Of a stretch of DNA of 64,000 nt, positions 47,662 through 57,477 are shown piece by piece (the first letter of the stretch is position 1; each line of letters opens with the position of its first letter). This stretch comes from a virus (taxonomy: Duplodnaviria > Caudoviricetes), in IMG/VR virus record IMGVR_UViG_637000224_000001, positions 13,351 through 77,350 of that record. One strand, written 5' to 3'. The notes below the pieces were generated by a model. The model was given only the letters and a program-made list of their open reading frames with translations, was not told where the DNA came from and searched no databases. Position numbers and translations under genes: made by a program.

Positions 47662-48681
47662 ATGGTCACGGCAAGCAACCTTGAACAGTTCAAGGCCCAT
47701 TCGCTGGCCGTGTTTTCGGCGATCAACACTGACCTGCAGACCGACCAGCATTTCGCTGACGCAGAGAAAACAGTGAAGTGGTGCGGCGAGGTCGAGGAGC
47801 GCCTGGAAGCAGCCAAGCAGCACGCGCTGAGCCAGACGGAAACCATCGATGCCCTCTTCCGCACCATCGACGAAATATCGGAGCAGGCCCGTCGCAAGCG
47901 CCTTGAGCTGGACAAGCTGGTGAAAGCTCGCAAGGTGGCCATTCGCGACGAGATCGTCCTCAAAGCGAAAGCAGCGCTGCGTGATCACTTGGACAAGATC
48001 AACACCTCGTTCGGCGGCAAGGTACGGCTGCCGGAGATCCCCGCGGACTTCGTCGGCGCGATCAAAGGCAAAAAAAATATCGCCAGTCTGCGTGACGCCT
48101 CCGACTCTGAACTGGCCCGGGCCAAGATCGAGGCCAGCCAGATCGGCGACGGCATCCGCACCAACCTGGAGAGCTTGCACACCCTCGCCGTGGATCATCC
48201 GTTTCTGTTCAACGATGCTCAGCAGATCGTGCTCAAGAACAATGACGACCTGGTCGCCCTCATCAAGGTGCGGATCAACGAGCACAAGCAGGCCGAGGAA
48301 GCGAAAGAGCTGGAGCAGCGTGAACGTATTCGTGCTGAAGAATCAGCGAAGCTTGCGGCTGCGGCCGAAGCAGAGCGAGTCTCTGAAGCTGAAAAAGCGA
48401 AAGCCAGCGCGCCTGCGCAGCAAGCTGCTGATGCACCCAAACCAGTCGAACAACCAGCTCCGAGAATGTCGGCCGTCGCCCCATCTGCGAAGGTGCCGCC
48501 CAAGCCGACAAAGCTCGAAGCGAACGTCACCGGCCTTCATGCGCTGGTGAAAGCCGTTTACGAAGGTCGGGCGCCGATATCGGTCCTCACAGTGAACTGG
48601 GGCGCGCTGGACGACCTTGTCCATATTCAAGGCGCTGACTTCCAAATGGACGGAGTAACCATCACGCAGGTGGCAGCGTGA
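47662..48681 (+). pseudogene. 5'-truncated YqaJ paralog (coiled-coil half only, frame open)
   Basis: Near identical to 35602-36621; nuclease domain deleted. Confidence 0.85.
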
Positions 48682-48907
48682 TCAACCTGGAGCTGAGTAC
48701 AGCTCGGCAAAACCGAGAACGGTCTGCCTCAATCGATGCGGCCGTTGCTGCCTTCCCCGCCTGACGAAAACTGCCCGACCCCTGTTATAGCGCCAAGGCT
48801 GCATCGGAGAGTGATCTGAACGCCCGCAAGTGAGTGTGTCAGAGGACAGAACGGAGCCTTCTAACTTGAGACGACCGTAGCGGAATGATTAAATAGTACA
48901 TAGCCTT

Positions 48908-49354
48908 TTGCCATGGAGATATCTGTTGAAGCAGTACCGCGGGTTGATCGTTTTTTTCATAACAGTGGTCTCGGTCTTTGCTTTGCTCCAGGTCTGGCAT
49001 GCGCGCGTAGCTCCGGAAGAAGCAAAGCTGGAGCGCGAACGGAAGCTAACAAGTATGGCCAAGTACTTTGATATAGGTACTCCCAAAATGCTCGACGACT
49101 CAGTCCGCCTAGACTCAGTAAAATACGAAGAAGGAACGATGCGGATCTCTTACACACTTACAAAACGGGCGAAAAGTGAAATCGACTCTGAAGAGTTTAC
49201 GAAGCAAGCAAGAGACCGGACCATAGAGCCGTCCTGCAATGAAAAAGGCTTAGGCCCATTTGTGAGGTCAGGGCTCATCATAAATTACAAATTCAATGAC
49301 TCAAGCGATTCACCTATCAGCGAATTTCAGATAGAAAAGTCCGACTGTCTATAA
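48908..49354 (+). CDS. Membrane-anchored periplasmic protein (PA3611/GspS-like)
   Basis: N-terminal TM; PKMLDDSVRLDSV, CN...G...Y.F.D pattern. Confidence 0.65.
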   Translation: MPWRYLLKQYRGLIVFFITVVSVFALLQVWHARVAPEEAKLERERKLTSMAKYFDIGTPKMLDDSVRLDSVKYEEGTMRISYTLTKRAKSEIDSEEFTKQARDRTIEPSCNEKGLGPFVRSGLIINYKFNDSSDSPISEFQIEKSDCL

Positions 49355-49597
49355 AAGCCAGCACCTGAAGCCCGCCTCCCGCGGGCTTTCTTATGCCTTG
49401 CGCACCCGCTGTGCCATCAGCGCTATTAACCATAACTGTTTCGACACCATCAATGGCCACCGCCATTGTCGTGGACCGTCATAAGTGTCCCCTCTTCCAT
49501 AATCAAAACGACCGCACCGGCAGGTGCCAGGCCAGTCTCACGGCTGGGTTTGGTCACCCGTGCCTCGCATCTGGCCAATGCGGTCAAGGAGCCTCAT

Positions 49598-49983
49598 ATG
49601 CATCAGACAATCAGCCAATCAGACAATCAGACAATCAGCCAATCAGCCAATCAGCCAATCAGCCAGCGTCGTGCAACCTCGAAGGCCTGCGCCAACGCTG
49701 CCCCCTTTCCACTGCCGAGTTTTACGACAAGGTCGGCCGCAAGAACCCGGCAGCTCTGCCGCGCTTCACGGTCGTGCCGAACGGCAATAACGAGTTCGGC
49801 ATCGTCGAGCGCTCGACCGGCAATGTACGTGGCGTGCATCGAGGCCACAGCGCGACGTGCAAAGCCGCTGATCAACTGGAAGCCCAGCCTGTACGTCAGC
49901 GGTCGTTCGCCACTCACATGCTGCGCTGGACTGCTGCGATCGCCACCGGCCTGGCGCTGTTCGCGCTGTACGGTGCCAGCTGA
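49598..49983 (+). pseudogene. Phage gene frameshifted by an 8-bp tandem repeat
   Basis: AAGGAG-ATG 49598 is out of frame with the coding frame ending TGA 49983. Confidence 0.7.
49604..49665 (+). repeat. 8-bp tandem repeat CAG(A/C)CAAT x7 plus partial
   Basis: cagacaat cagccaat cagacaat cagacaat cagccaat cagccaat cagccaat cagcca. Confidence 0.95.
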
Positions 49984-50609
49984 TGATCAGTCCAGAGCTG
50001 AGCACGATTCAGCGCAACAAAGAGCGGTCCGCCATCCTTGAGGCTGAGGTGGCTGCGTTTCTCAAGCGCGGCGGCGTGATCGGGACGCTCAAAGGCTTCC
50101 CGGTCAGACCGGAGCCGAAGCCATACGGCCGCATGATCGCGCCAAGTGCTCCCCAGCCCGCACCACGACGCCGCACAAAGGAGGCTATGCGCGCCGCCGC
50201 CCCTCGAGACGCCATCCAAGACCGCTGCCACGCTCGGACTGAACAGGTGGAAGTCGTCCGCAAGCTGGCCGAGACGATGACGATCACCGATGTCATGCGC
50301 GAAACCGGCCTGAGCATCTACAGGCTTCGGAAAATGGCCCGCGTGCATGGCTTCGAATACAAAGCGTTCAGCCCGGCTTCCAACCTCATTCCGTACCAAC
50401 ACGATCCGGTGGCCGACGCATTGAACGTGGGCCGGATCAAAGCCGCCCGCGACCGCGGTATATCGCGGAAGGCAGCCGTCGTTGAGCTGGGACTGAGTAA
50501 CACGATGATCAATCGGCTGATCCGTGATTTCAAAATCGATTATCCGCTGGAAGGACCAAGCCGAAAGTTAGGCGCGTGCTCTGACGCTCCAATCCTGAAG
50601 AATATCTAA
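49983..50609 (+). CDS. Hypothetical protein with two HTH-like segments
   Basis: N-terminus similar to 36618; TITDVMRETGLS, ISRKAAVVELGLS. Confidence 0.7.
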   Translation: MISPELSTIQRNKERSAILEAEVAAFLKRGGVIGTLKGFPVRPEPKPYGRMIAPSAPQPAPRRRTKEAMRAAAPRDAIQDRCHARTEQVEVVRKLAETMTITDVMRETGLSIYRLRKMARVHGFEYKAFSPASNLIPYQHDPVADALNVGRIKAARDRGISRKAAVVELGLSNTMINRLIRDFKIDYPLEGPSRKLGACSDAPILKNI

Positions 50610-50612
50610 TAT

Positions 50613-51578
50613 TCAGCGTATCACGGGATAATAGCTGCCTTTTTTATCAGGCCCTTTAAAAAAGCGAGTTTTGACGTTAAACATCAAATCCACAGTATCG
50701 ATTTCAGACGGCTCAATTACTCGATTAGCGACAATTTTAAAAGCGTGAGGGACGTTCTCTGCTTGTATGCTGGTAACTCTTGTTACTCCGGGTATCAGTG
50801 ACAAGAAATTTTGAATCTCCGAAGGCTTTTCATAAGTATCCTTTACATATATAAGATACCCAATAGACTCCGTGACATTGACTATATCGTTTGAATTATT
50901 AATTGGAGACCCAAATCCCCTAACCTTGAGATCACTGATGAATGATTCAATGTAATCCAGCTTCTTAATCAGAAAGGTCTGAGCATCATCGGGCTCTACC
51001 GACTCTCTTAACACCCTGGTTTTTGTGACTCTGTAGACCGGATTATCAGGCTCTCCATTCAGCATGGCCGCACTTATAGCAGCTTCTAGCTTAGGGGCAA
51101 GGTCAACCGCACCGAACATGTCATTTTGGAAGAATACTGTTCTCTCATCTGATATATCAAACGGCAGCCTAGTACCTGCCTCAGCTAAAACCACTATAGG
51201 TAGCCCTACACAATGCCGCACCGCTAGCTCATACATGACATTCGGGTTTAGCTCACTGAGATTAGCAATCACCAACTCGTCATATACAACGTGCTCTATA
51301 ACCTGACGCGTTATTGAGCCGGGGCTGGCAATCTCATGAGCTACAAATGTCTGAAAGCCTAGCTTATCTAGAACCGGTCGCATTACAGCGCTGATCAGGC
51401 CGTCAGCGGCTCGCCGTGTCGTTGATGTGTCCGAACCTATGGGGGTGACAATGAAACATCTTTTAGGAGCGCTGTCCTTCAGAGCTTCAACCTCTTCCTT
51501 CGCTGCCTGTGTTGCATTCTGTCTAGCCACGCGACATCTCCTAGCCCAAGAGCTTTCCCTATTCGCGGTAGAAAACAC
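50613..51578 (-). CDS. Nucleoside 2-deoxyribosyltransferase/hydrolase-like cargo protein
   Basis: CFIVTPI, VIANLSELNPNVMYELAVRH, LPFDI; start uncertain. Confidence 0.75.
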   Translation of the reverse strand: MFSTANRESSWARRCRVARQNATQAAKEEVEALKDSAPKRCFIVTPIGSDTSTTRRAADGLISAVMRPVLDKLGFQTFVAHEIASPGSITRQVIEHVVYDELVIANLSELNPNVMYELAVRHCVGLPIVVLAEAGTRLPFDISDERTVFFQNDMFGAVDLAPKLEAAISAAMLNGEPDNPVYRVTKTRVLRESVEPDDAQTFLIKKLDYIESFISDLKVRGFGSPINNSNDIVNVTESIGYLIYVKDTYEKPSEIQNFLSLIPGVTRVTSIQAENVPHAFKIVANRVIEPSEIDTVDLMFNVKTRFFKGPDKKGSYYPVIR

Positions 51579-51751
51579 GAAAATCGAGCGTATTACCAGA
51601 GCGAATTTGAAGATTACGTTTGGACATTGCGTACCTGTTCTAGGGCAATGTCTAACAAAAGTGGAGCTTTGCTACAGCCAAGAGCCGATTAACGCCGCAG
51701 CTACCCTCAAATACATCCGCCAATTGAAATCAAGTCCCCGGAGAAATATTC

Positions 51752-52099
51752 ATGTCGAAGCCTACAGACACCAGTGAATTCCTCAACGAACTGAATGGCG
51801 GGGCTTTCGCCAGCCAGATCGGCCACGCCCTTTCCGAAGTTGCCGCCGGTGTCGTCGACCACGGCAAAGCCGGGAAGGTGGTCATCACCCTGGACTTCTC
51901 CCAGATCGGCGAGTCCAGCCAGGTGAAGATCAAACACAAGCTCGATTACAAGGTGCCGACCAAGCGAGGCACCCGCAGCGAGAACACCAGCCTCGACACG
52001 CCAATGCACGTTGGCTCCGGCGGCAACATCACGCTATTCGCCGAAAAGCACGACCAGCTGTTCACGCGTGACGATGCGCCAATCCCACGCCGCGACTGA
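51752..52099 (+). CDS. Conserved phage protein (partner of DUF2303)
   Basis: FLNELNGGAFASQIGHALSEVA. Confidence 0.75.
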   Translation: MSKPTDTSEFLNELNGGAFASQIGHALSEVAAGVVDHGKAGKVVITLDFSQIGESSQVKIKHKLDYKVPTKRGTRSENTSLDTPMHVGSGGNITLFAEKHDQLFTRDDAPIPRRD

Positions 52100-52128
52100 T
52101 CACCACCCCACCAAGCGAGACTTGAAAT

Positions 52129-52941
52129 ATGTCCCTCACGAAAGAAGCTATTCAACTGATCATCGATGACGCGCTGATCGCCCAAGGCAAAGAGCTGGGC
52201 ACCGTTACGCCCACCATCGTGCTGCCCGAAGGCGCGAAGGTCGTGAACCTTGAGCAATTCGGCGCAGGCCGCAGTCGCTTCCGTGGCACGTTCTCCACCA
52301 ACTCCCTGGTGGACTTCGCCAAGTACGTGTCCGACCGCGCAGTCGCAGACGCAAAAGGCTTCATCAATCAGGACGACATGACCTGCTCGGTGCTGTTCAA
52401 CCTGGGCAACGAGGAAGTGCCAGGCCACGCAGACGACCGCGCCGTGCTGAAACTCAAGCCCACCGCCGCCTATCAGGCCGTGCAGGCAATCAGTGGCCGG
52501 GCCATGTCGCAGAAGGATATGAGTGACTGGATTGAAGACTGGCACAGCACCCTGTCGGCGGTCGGTGATGAGCTGCAGAACATCCCGCTGGCCAAAGCCA
52601 TCGCCGCCGTGCGCACGATCACGGTCAAGGCATCGTCGGAAAGCGATCACACCGTCAGCGAGACGCGCGCCAGCCGCAGCGCAATGGATGCCATTGAGGC
52701 GACCAGCAAAGAAACGCTGCCAACGTCGCCGATCTTCTCGGCCATTCCATTTGAAGGCCTGCAGACGCGCGAAATCATCCTGCGAATCTCAGTCATCACG
52801 AGCGGCGCACAGCCGGTGCTGAAGCTGCGCTGGGTTGGCGAGGACGTGCAGCGCGAAGAGATCGCTCAAGAGTTCAAGTCGGTGCTCGAAGCGAAGGTGG
52901 GCGATGCCGCTCAGCTGGCGCTGGGTAGCTTCTCAGCCTGA
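52129..52941 (+). CDS. DUF2303 / YfdQ family protein
   Basis: RSRFRGTFSTNSLVDF, GHADDRAVL, MSQKDMSDWIEDW. Confidence 0.82.
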   Translation: MSLTKEAIQLIIDDALIAQGKELGTVTPTIVLPEGAKVVNLEQFGAGRSRFRGTFSTNSLVDFAKYVSDRAVADAKGFINQDDMTCSVLFNLGNEEVPGHADDRAVLKLKPTAAYQAVQAISGRAMSQKDMSDWIEDWHSTLSAVGDELQNIPLAKAIAAVRTITVKASSESDHTVSETRASRSAMDAIEATSKETLPTSPIFSAIPFEGLQTREIILRISVITSGAQPVLKLRWVGEDVQREEIAQEFKSVLEAKVGDAAQLALGSFSA

Positions 52942-53045
52942 TGCATAAGGTTCCGCGCCACGAAATCACGGTTTCACCGGCTGTGGCGCGGAATTTGGAG
53001 CGGGCGTTTCAGCGAGAATATCTTCGAATCAGTCTCGAAGGCTAA

Positions 53046-53636
53046 TCACTTCTTCGAGCCGACGGCGAGAGCAAGCAGTAATGCCGCCCCGTTATCGGAA
53101 TCGCTAAAGTCTCCGGCCCCTTTACCAGTCATTGTGATTTCCCCACGACCAGGCATTGCATCAATGAGCGAACAGAAAAGATCAATGATCGAATCCAGCA
53201 GTTCTGGAAGGTCGTTCTGCTCAATGTTATGCACGTAATTTTCGTCTCCGAAAACCGCCAGCCTATCGTGATGTGCTATCAACTTGTTCCGAAATCCCTT
53301 AATTCCCAGATCCCGAACCCTATCCTCAATGTCGATACAATCCTGTAACAGTTCGTCGCTGAAGTGGTCGCTGTATTTGGTCTTTAGGTGAGCAAAGGAA
53401 AAGTTCTCCCGATTCATAGATTCGGGAGGATCGAACATTGCGCAGAGCCGGGTAACCACGCTCACAAAGACACACCTCCTAATAACGGACAATGTATCCG
53501 GAAATGTATCGTTTGCTACTGCTACCGAACTTTCATCACAAAACATCTGCTCGTACAAAACAGCCTCTCGCCTGATTTCTGTTGCGAATGACAGGAACAA
53601 TGCGATATCCGTAGCGGCGTTTCGAATGTCGAACAT
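53046..53636 (-). CDS. HEPN-like (AbiU2-type) cargo protein
   Basis: LCAMFD...NFSF and RNKLIAH (Rx4-6H). Confidence 0.75.
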   Translation of the reverse strand: MFDIRNAATDIALFLSFATEIRREAVLYEQMFCDESSVAVANDTFPDTLSVIRRCVFVSVVTRLCAMFDPPESMNRENFSFAHLKTKYSDHFSDELLQDCIDIEDRVRDLGIKGFRNKLIAHHDRLAVFGDENYVHNIEQNDLPELLDSIIDLFCSLIDAMPGRGEITMTGKGAGDFSDSDNGAALLLALAVGSKK

Positions 53637-53741
53637 GACTACTCCTTTGATCCGGCTCCATGCCGGTCATCATCTATAGCTCACCCCCAACCAATTTGCC
53701 ACCACCAGACACGGAGGGCGGCGCACGCATGGAGAAACACC

Positions 53742-54350
53742 ATGAGCCAGTTCTACCTGCAGGACAGCCGAAGCTACGTTGGCGACGGCCTGACGTTCTG
53801 GGCGCTGGGCGGCGGTTATACGACCAACTTGGACAAAGCTGAGCTGTTCACCGCAGAGCAGGCAACCAAACACCGCGACACCGATATCCCGTGGCCGAAA
53901 GCCTATATCGACGAGCGCGCGCATCTGGGCGTCGATCATCAGTACATCAGCAAGACCGACTCGGCAGCACAGCCGAGTGAGGGATGCCAGTGCGTTTTGC
54001 AGATACAGCAGCAATGGAACGGCAACGACATTTTGTTTGCCAAGTGGCCCATCAGCGGCACTGACCGGCTTGAGCGCGCGCACCGGGTGACCCTCGAAGC
54101 GGCTATCGCTATCGGCGACGATGAGCTGACCATCTGGCCGCTGGACTACATCGTCGCGCGCGCCCGGCGCCTGGTGCATCGGCAAGATGTAGACCTCAAG
54201 CAGGCTCTGCGCGGCACCGGCATCACGCCGCCAAAGCCACACCGCATCCGCAAGCAGATATTCAACTGTCAGGGCTGCGGACGCTTCATCGCAGTCAGCG
54301 AATGCTACTTGTCCGATTACCAAAATTGCGGCGCGGACAACCACCCTTAA
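53742..54350 (+). CDS. Hypothetical phage protein
   Basis: GGAG RBS; FYLQDSRSYVGDGLTFW, CQGCG. Confidence 0.7.
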   Translation: MSQFYLQDSRSYVGDGLTFWALGGGYTTNLDKAELFTAEQATKHRDTDIPWPKAYIDERAHLGVDHQYISKTDSAAQPSEGCQCVLQIQQQWNGNDILFAKWPISGTDRLERAHRVTLEAAIAIGDDELTIWPLDYIVARARRLVHRQDVDLKQALRGTGITPPKPHRIRKQIFNCQGCGRFIAVSECYLSDYQNCGADNHP

Positions 54351-54426
54351 CACCCACCCTTACCTATTGCGCTGAACACCACGCCAGGCGGGCGGCGGCC
54401 TGAAATAGCCAAATCCCAAGACTGTT

Positions 54427-55206
54427 TTACTTCACGCGCGTCACATATTTAGCAGCTTCCGGGCAGTGAATTACTAAAGGCTGGGCATCTTCCTCTGGGT
54501 CTTTAAACCAAAGGAATCGGTATTCGCACTGGCTTGCATATTTATCCGGAGGCTTCACAAAGCCTATAGGGCCTGGCATCGGTTGCATTCCGGTTGTAAA
54601 TCGCTCCTTATAAATTATGCTCCGGTGCCCAGCACGCAAGCTGCCTAGCTGAACGCAAAGACACCTAGTAACAGCATTGAAAAATCCCTCTACATCTTCG
54701 ATCTTTACGCAGTAGTTACCAAAGGTATTTTCCAAATCGTCTGATTCAAAGCCTATTGTTGTGCACAGCACGTAGGCATGACGTAGAACAGCAGTAGCTA
54801 ATTTTACGTTTAATGAGGTCTGCTTAACGTGAGGGGCGATATAAATACCTAACCTCGCTGCCATGCTTACAAACTCGGGATCATCCCCGTCACCAGTTAT
54901 AGTAGATCCGGTTGAATAGAAGTCATGCCCCTCGTGAGGATCACCTTGCAGCGGATCTTCATATTGCCGACACTTCTCTAGCGTGCTTATATAAATAGCG
55001 CCTTGAACAAAAGCATCGGCGAATTTTTCGTCATCAAAATAGCGATAAACTGATTGAACTCTGGAAGCAATCGATTCTGAAAAATCAACGTTACCTATCA
55101 GTTTATTTTTATTAGAAGCTTTATGTTTCACTCCTGCCTTTTCAACATGCTTCCGACCCGATAATGCCTTGGCTTTTGTGTTCCACCATTGCCCCTTGCG
55201 TCCCAT
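54427..55206 (-). CDS. Cargo protein, divergent DUF2971-like
   Basis: Start re-called at ATG 55206 (GGAGGT RBS); VYRY, EDP, VLCT, IIY, FVKP..KYASQCEYRF. Confidence 0.65.
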   Translation of the reverse strand: MGRKGQWWNTKAKALSGRKHVEKAGVKHKASNKNKLIGNVDFSESIASRVQSVYRYFDDEKFADAFVQGAIYISTLEKCRQYEDPLQGDPHEGHDFYSTGSTITGDGDDPEFVSMAARLGIYIAPHVKQTSLNVKLATAVLRHAYVLCTTIGFESDDLENTFGNYCVKIEDVEGFFNAVTRCLCVQLGSLRAGHRSIIYKERFTTGMQPMPGPIGFVKPPDKYASQCEYRFLWFKDPEEDAQPLVIHCPEAAKYVTRVK

Positions 55207-55289
55207 CTGTACCTCCTTTTCGGCCAAATACCGGGAAGCACACCAATACCCCACTTCAACGACTCACGCCACCCCGGCGAGGATGAACT

Positions 55290-57422
55290 ATGTCCGCTCA
55301 CCAGAAGAAACACCCCTTCGATTTTAAAACCCAGTACAGCCTTGGCTTCAATCCGCAAGACGATGAGATCGTTGTGGACTTCTTCTGCGGTGGCGGCGGC
55401 GCCGGTACCGGGCTGGAGATGGGCCTTGGGCGCACCGTCAGCGTGGCCAAGAATCACAGCCCGGCAGCGATCAGCATGCACACCGTGAATCACCCGGGTG
55501 CGAAGCACTTCACGACCGATGTATTCGACGGCGATCCGGATACCGAATGCGGAGGCAAGGCCGTGGGCTGGTTCCACATGAGCCCGGATTGCACCCACCA
55601 CAGCCAGGCCGCTGGCGGGCAGCCACGCAAGCGCGAGATCCGCAACCTGTCGTGGATCGGCTTGAAGTGGGCAGGCAAGAAGAAACCCCGCGTCATCAGC
55701 CTGGAGAACGTAAAGCAGATCCTGCAATGGGGCCCGCTGGTGGCCAAGCGTTGCAAGTCGACCGGGCGGGTCGTGAAGCTGGGCGGCGGCATTGCTGCAC
55801 CTGGTGAAGTTGTGCCAGTCGATCAGCAGTTTCTGGTGCCAGACCCTGCCAGGCGCGGCCAGACGTGGGCGGTGTTCGTGGCCGAACTGGAGCGCCTGGG
55901 CTATGCCGTCGAGTGGCGTGTGATCCGAGCGTGCGACTTCGGCGCGCCTACCAGCCGGGAACGCCTGTTCATGATTGCCCGCTGCGACGGACAGCCGATC
56001 GTGTGGCCAGAGCCGACCCACGCCAAGCGCCCCGCCAAAGGCCAGAAGCCTTGGAGGACAGCCGCCGAGTGCATCGACTTCACCGACATGGGCAAAAGCA
56101 TATTCGGACGCAAGAAAGACCTGGCGCCGGCCACCCTGCGCCGGGTCGCCAAGGGCATGAAGAAGTTCGTCATCGACAACCCGGCCCCCTTCATTGTCCC
56201 GATCGCGAACTGGTCGGGCGAGACCGTGCAATCGGCCAACGAGCCGCTGCGCACGGTGACTTCATATCCCAAAGGCGGCGCTTTCTCGGTCGTCAGCCCA
56301 GTCATTGCGCCAGCGACCCACCAAGGCAGCGATCGCATCAACGATCCACTTGAGCCGCTGCCAACGGTGACGTGCGCCAACCGGGGCGAACTGACGCTGA
56401 TCAGCCCGACCCTGATCCAGTCTGGCTACGGTGAGCGCGAAGGCCAACAGCCTCGCGTGCCGGGTATCGATCAGCCATTAGGGACGGTCGTTGCCGGTGG
56501 CGTTAAGCATGCGCTCACAAGCTCGATTCTGGTGGGCGCTGGCGGGCCAGTTTATTCAGGAAAGCCAGTAGCGGCAGATCAGCCGGTGGGCACGTTGATG
56601 ACTCAGAATCACAGAGCAGTGGCCACTGCATTCATGGCTCAGATGAACGGTGGCTTCAACACCACCCACGCCAAAGGCGCTGACGAGCCCATGACGACGA
56701 TCACCAATACTGGCAGCCAGCAGCAGCTGGTGACCGCGACTCTGATCACCAACACAACGGGCCACGGACCGACGAGCCTGGAAAGTCCGGTACCGACCCT
56801 GACAACTGGTCAGCACCACGCTCTTGTGGCCGCAAACCTGGTGCACCTGCGCGGCAACTGTGACGCGCTGGACACCGCCGATCCGCTGCACACCATCAGC
56901 GCGGGCGGCCAGCACCATGGACTGGTCACCGCGTTCATGGAAAGGCAGTTCGGTGCCAGCGTCGGTCAGCCTCTGGATGAGCCAGCACCTACCGTTACAG
57001 CAGGTGGCGGCGGTAAAAGCTCTGTCGTATCTCTCAAGCTCTCCCCTGAGCATGAGGAAGGTGCACTGCGCGTCGCCGCATTCTTGATCAGTTACTACGG
57101 GACCGAGAACGTCAGCGGTGCAGGTGAACCGGCACCAACGATCACGACCAAGGATCGCTTGGCGCTGGTCACCGTCATGGTCAAGGGCACGCCCTACGTG
57201 ATCGTCGACATCTGCCTGCGGATGCTCAAGCCGTCCGAGCTGTACAAGGCTCAGGGCTTCCCCGCTGACTACGTCATCACCCACGGCGCAGACGGCAAGC
57301 CATTCACCAAAACCCAGCAGGTGCACATGTGCGGCAACAGCGTCAGTCCTCCGCCGATGGCAGCGCTCGCTCGGGCCAATGATCCATGGCGCGTGTCTGA
57401 ACACCAGGCCGCCGCGGCGTAA
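55290..57422 (+). CDS. C5 cytosine DNA methyltransferase, paralog 2
   Basis: Same motifs as 41616; swapped repeat units in variable region. Confidence 0.93.
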   Translation: MSAHQKKHPFDFKTQYSLGFNPQDDEIVVDFFCGGGGAGTGLEMGLGRTVSVAKNHSPAAISMHTVNHPGAKHFTTDVFDGDPDTECGGKAVGWFHMSPDCTHHSQAAGGQPRKREIRNLSWIGLKWAGKKKPRVISLENVKQILQWGPLVAKRCKSTGRVVKLGGGIAAPGEVVPVDQQFLVPDPARRGQTWAVFVAELERLGYAVEWRVIRACDFGAPTSRERLFMIARCDGQPIVWPEPTHAKRPAKGQKPWRTAAECIDFTDMGKSIFGRKKDLAPATLRRVAKGMKKFVIDNPAPFIVPIANWSGETVQSANEPLRTVTSYPKGGAFSVVSPVIAPATHQGSDRINDPLEPLPTVTCANRGELTLISPTLIQSGYGEREGQQPRVPGIDQPLGTVVAGGVKHALTSSILVGAGGPVYSGKPVAADQPVGTLMTQNHRAVATAFMAQMNGGFNTTHAKGADEPMTTITNTGSQQQLVTATLITNTTGHGPTSLESPVPTLTTGQHHALVAANLVHLRGNCDALDTADPLHTISAGGQHHGLVTAFMERQFGASVGQPLDEPAPTVTAGGGGKSSVVSLKLSPEHEEGALRVAAFLISYYGTENVSGAGEPAPTITTKDRLALVTVMVKGTPYVIVDICLRMLKPSELYKAQGFPADYVITHGADGKPFTKTQQVHMCGNSVSPPPMAALARANDPWRVSEHQAAAA

Positions 57423-57477
57423 CAGGCAATAAGCGGATAAACAGCTAAGTACGTTGCAGGCTTATCCCGGGCTGGTT

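Noticed and set aside
49604-49665. CRISPR array
   Set aside because: Contiguous 8-bp units with no spacers; no cas genes seen in the window
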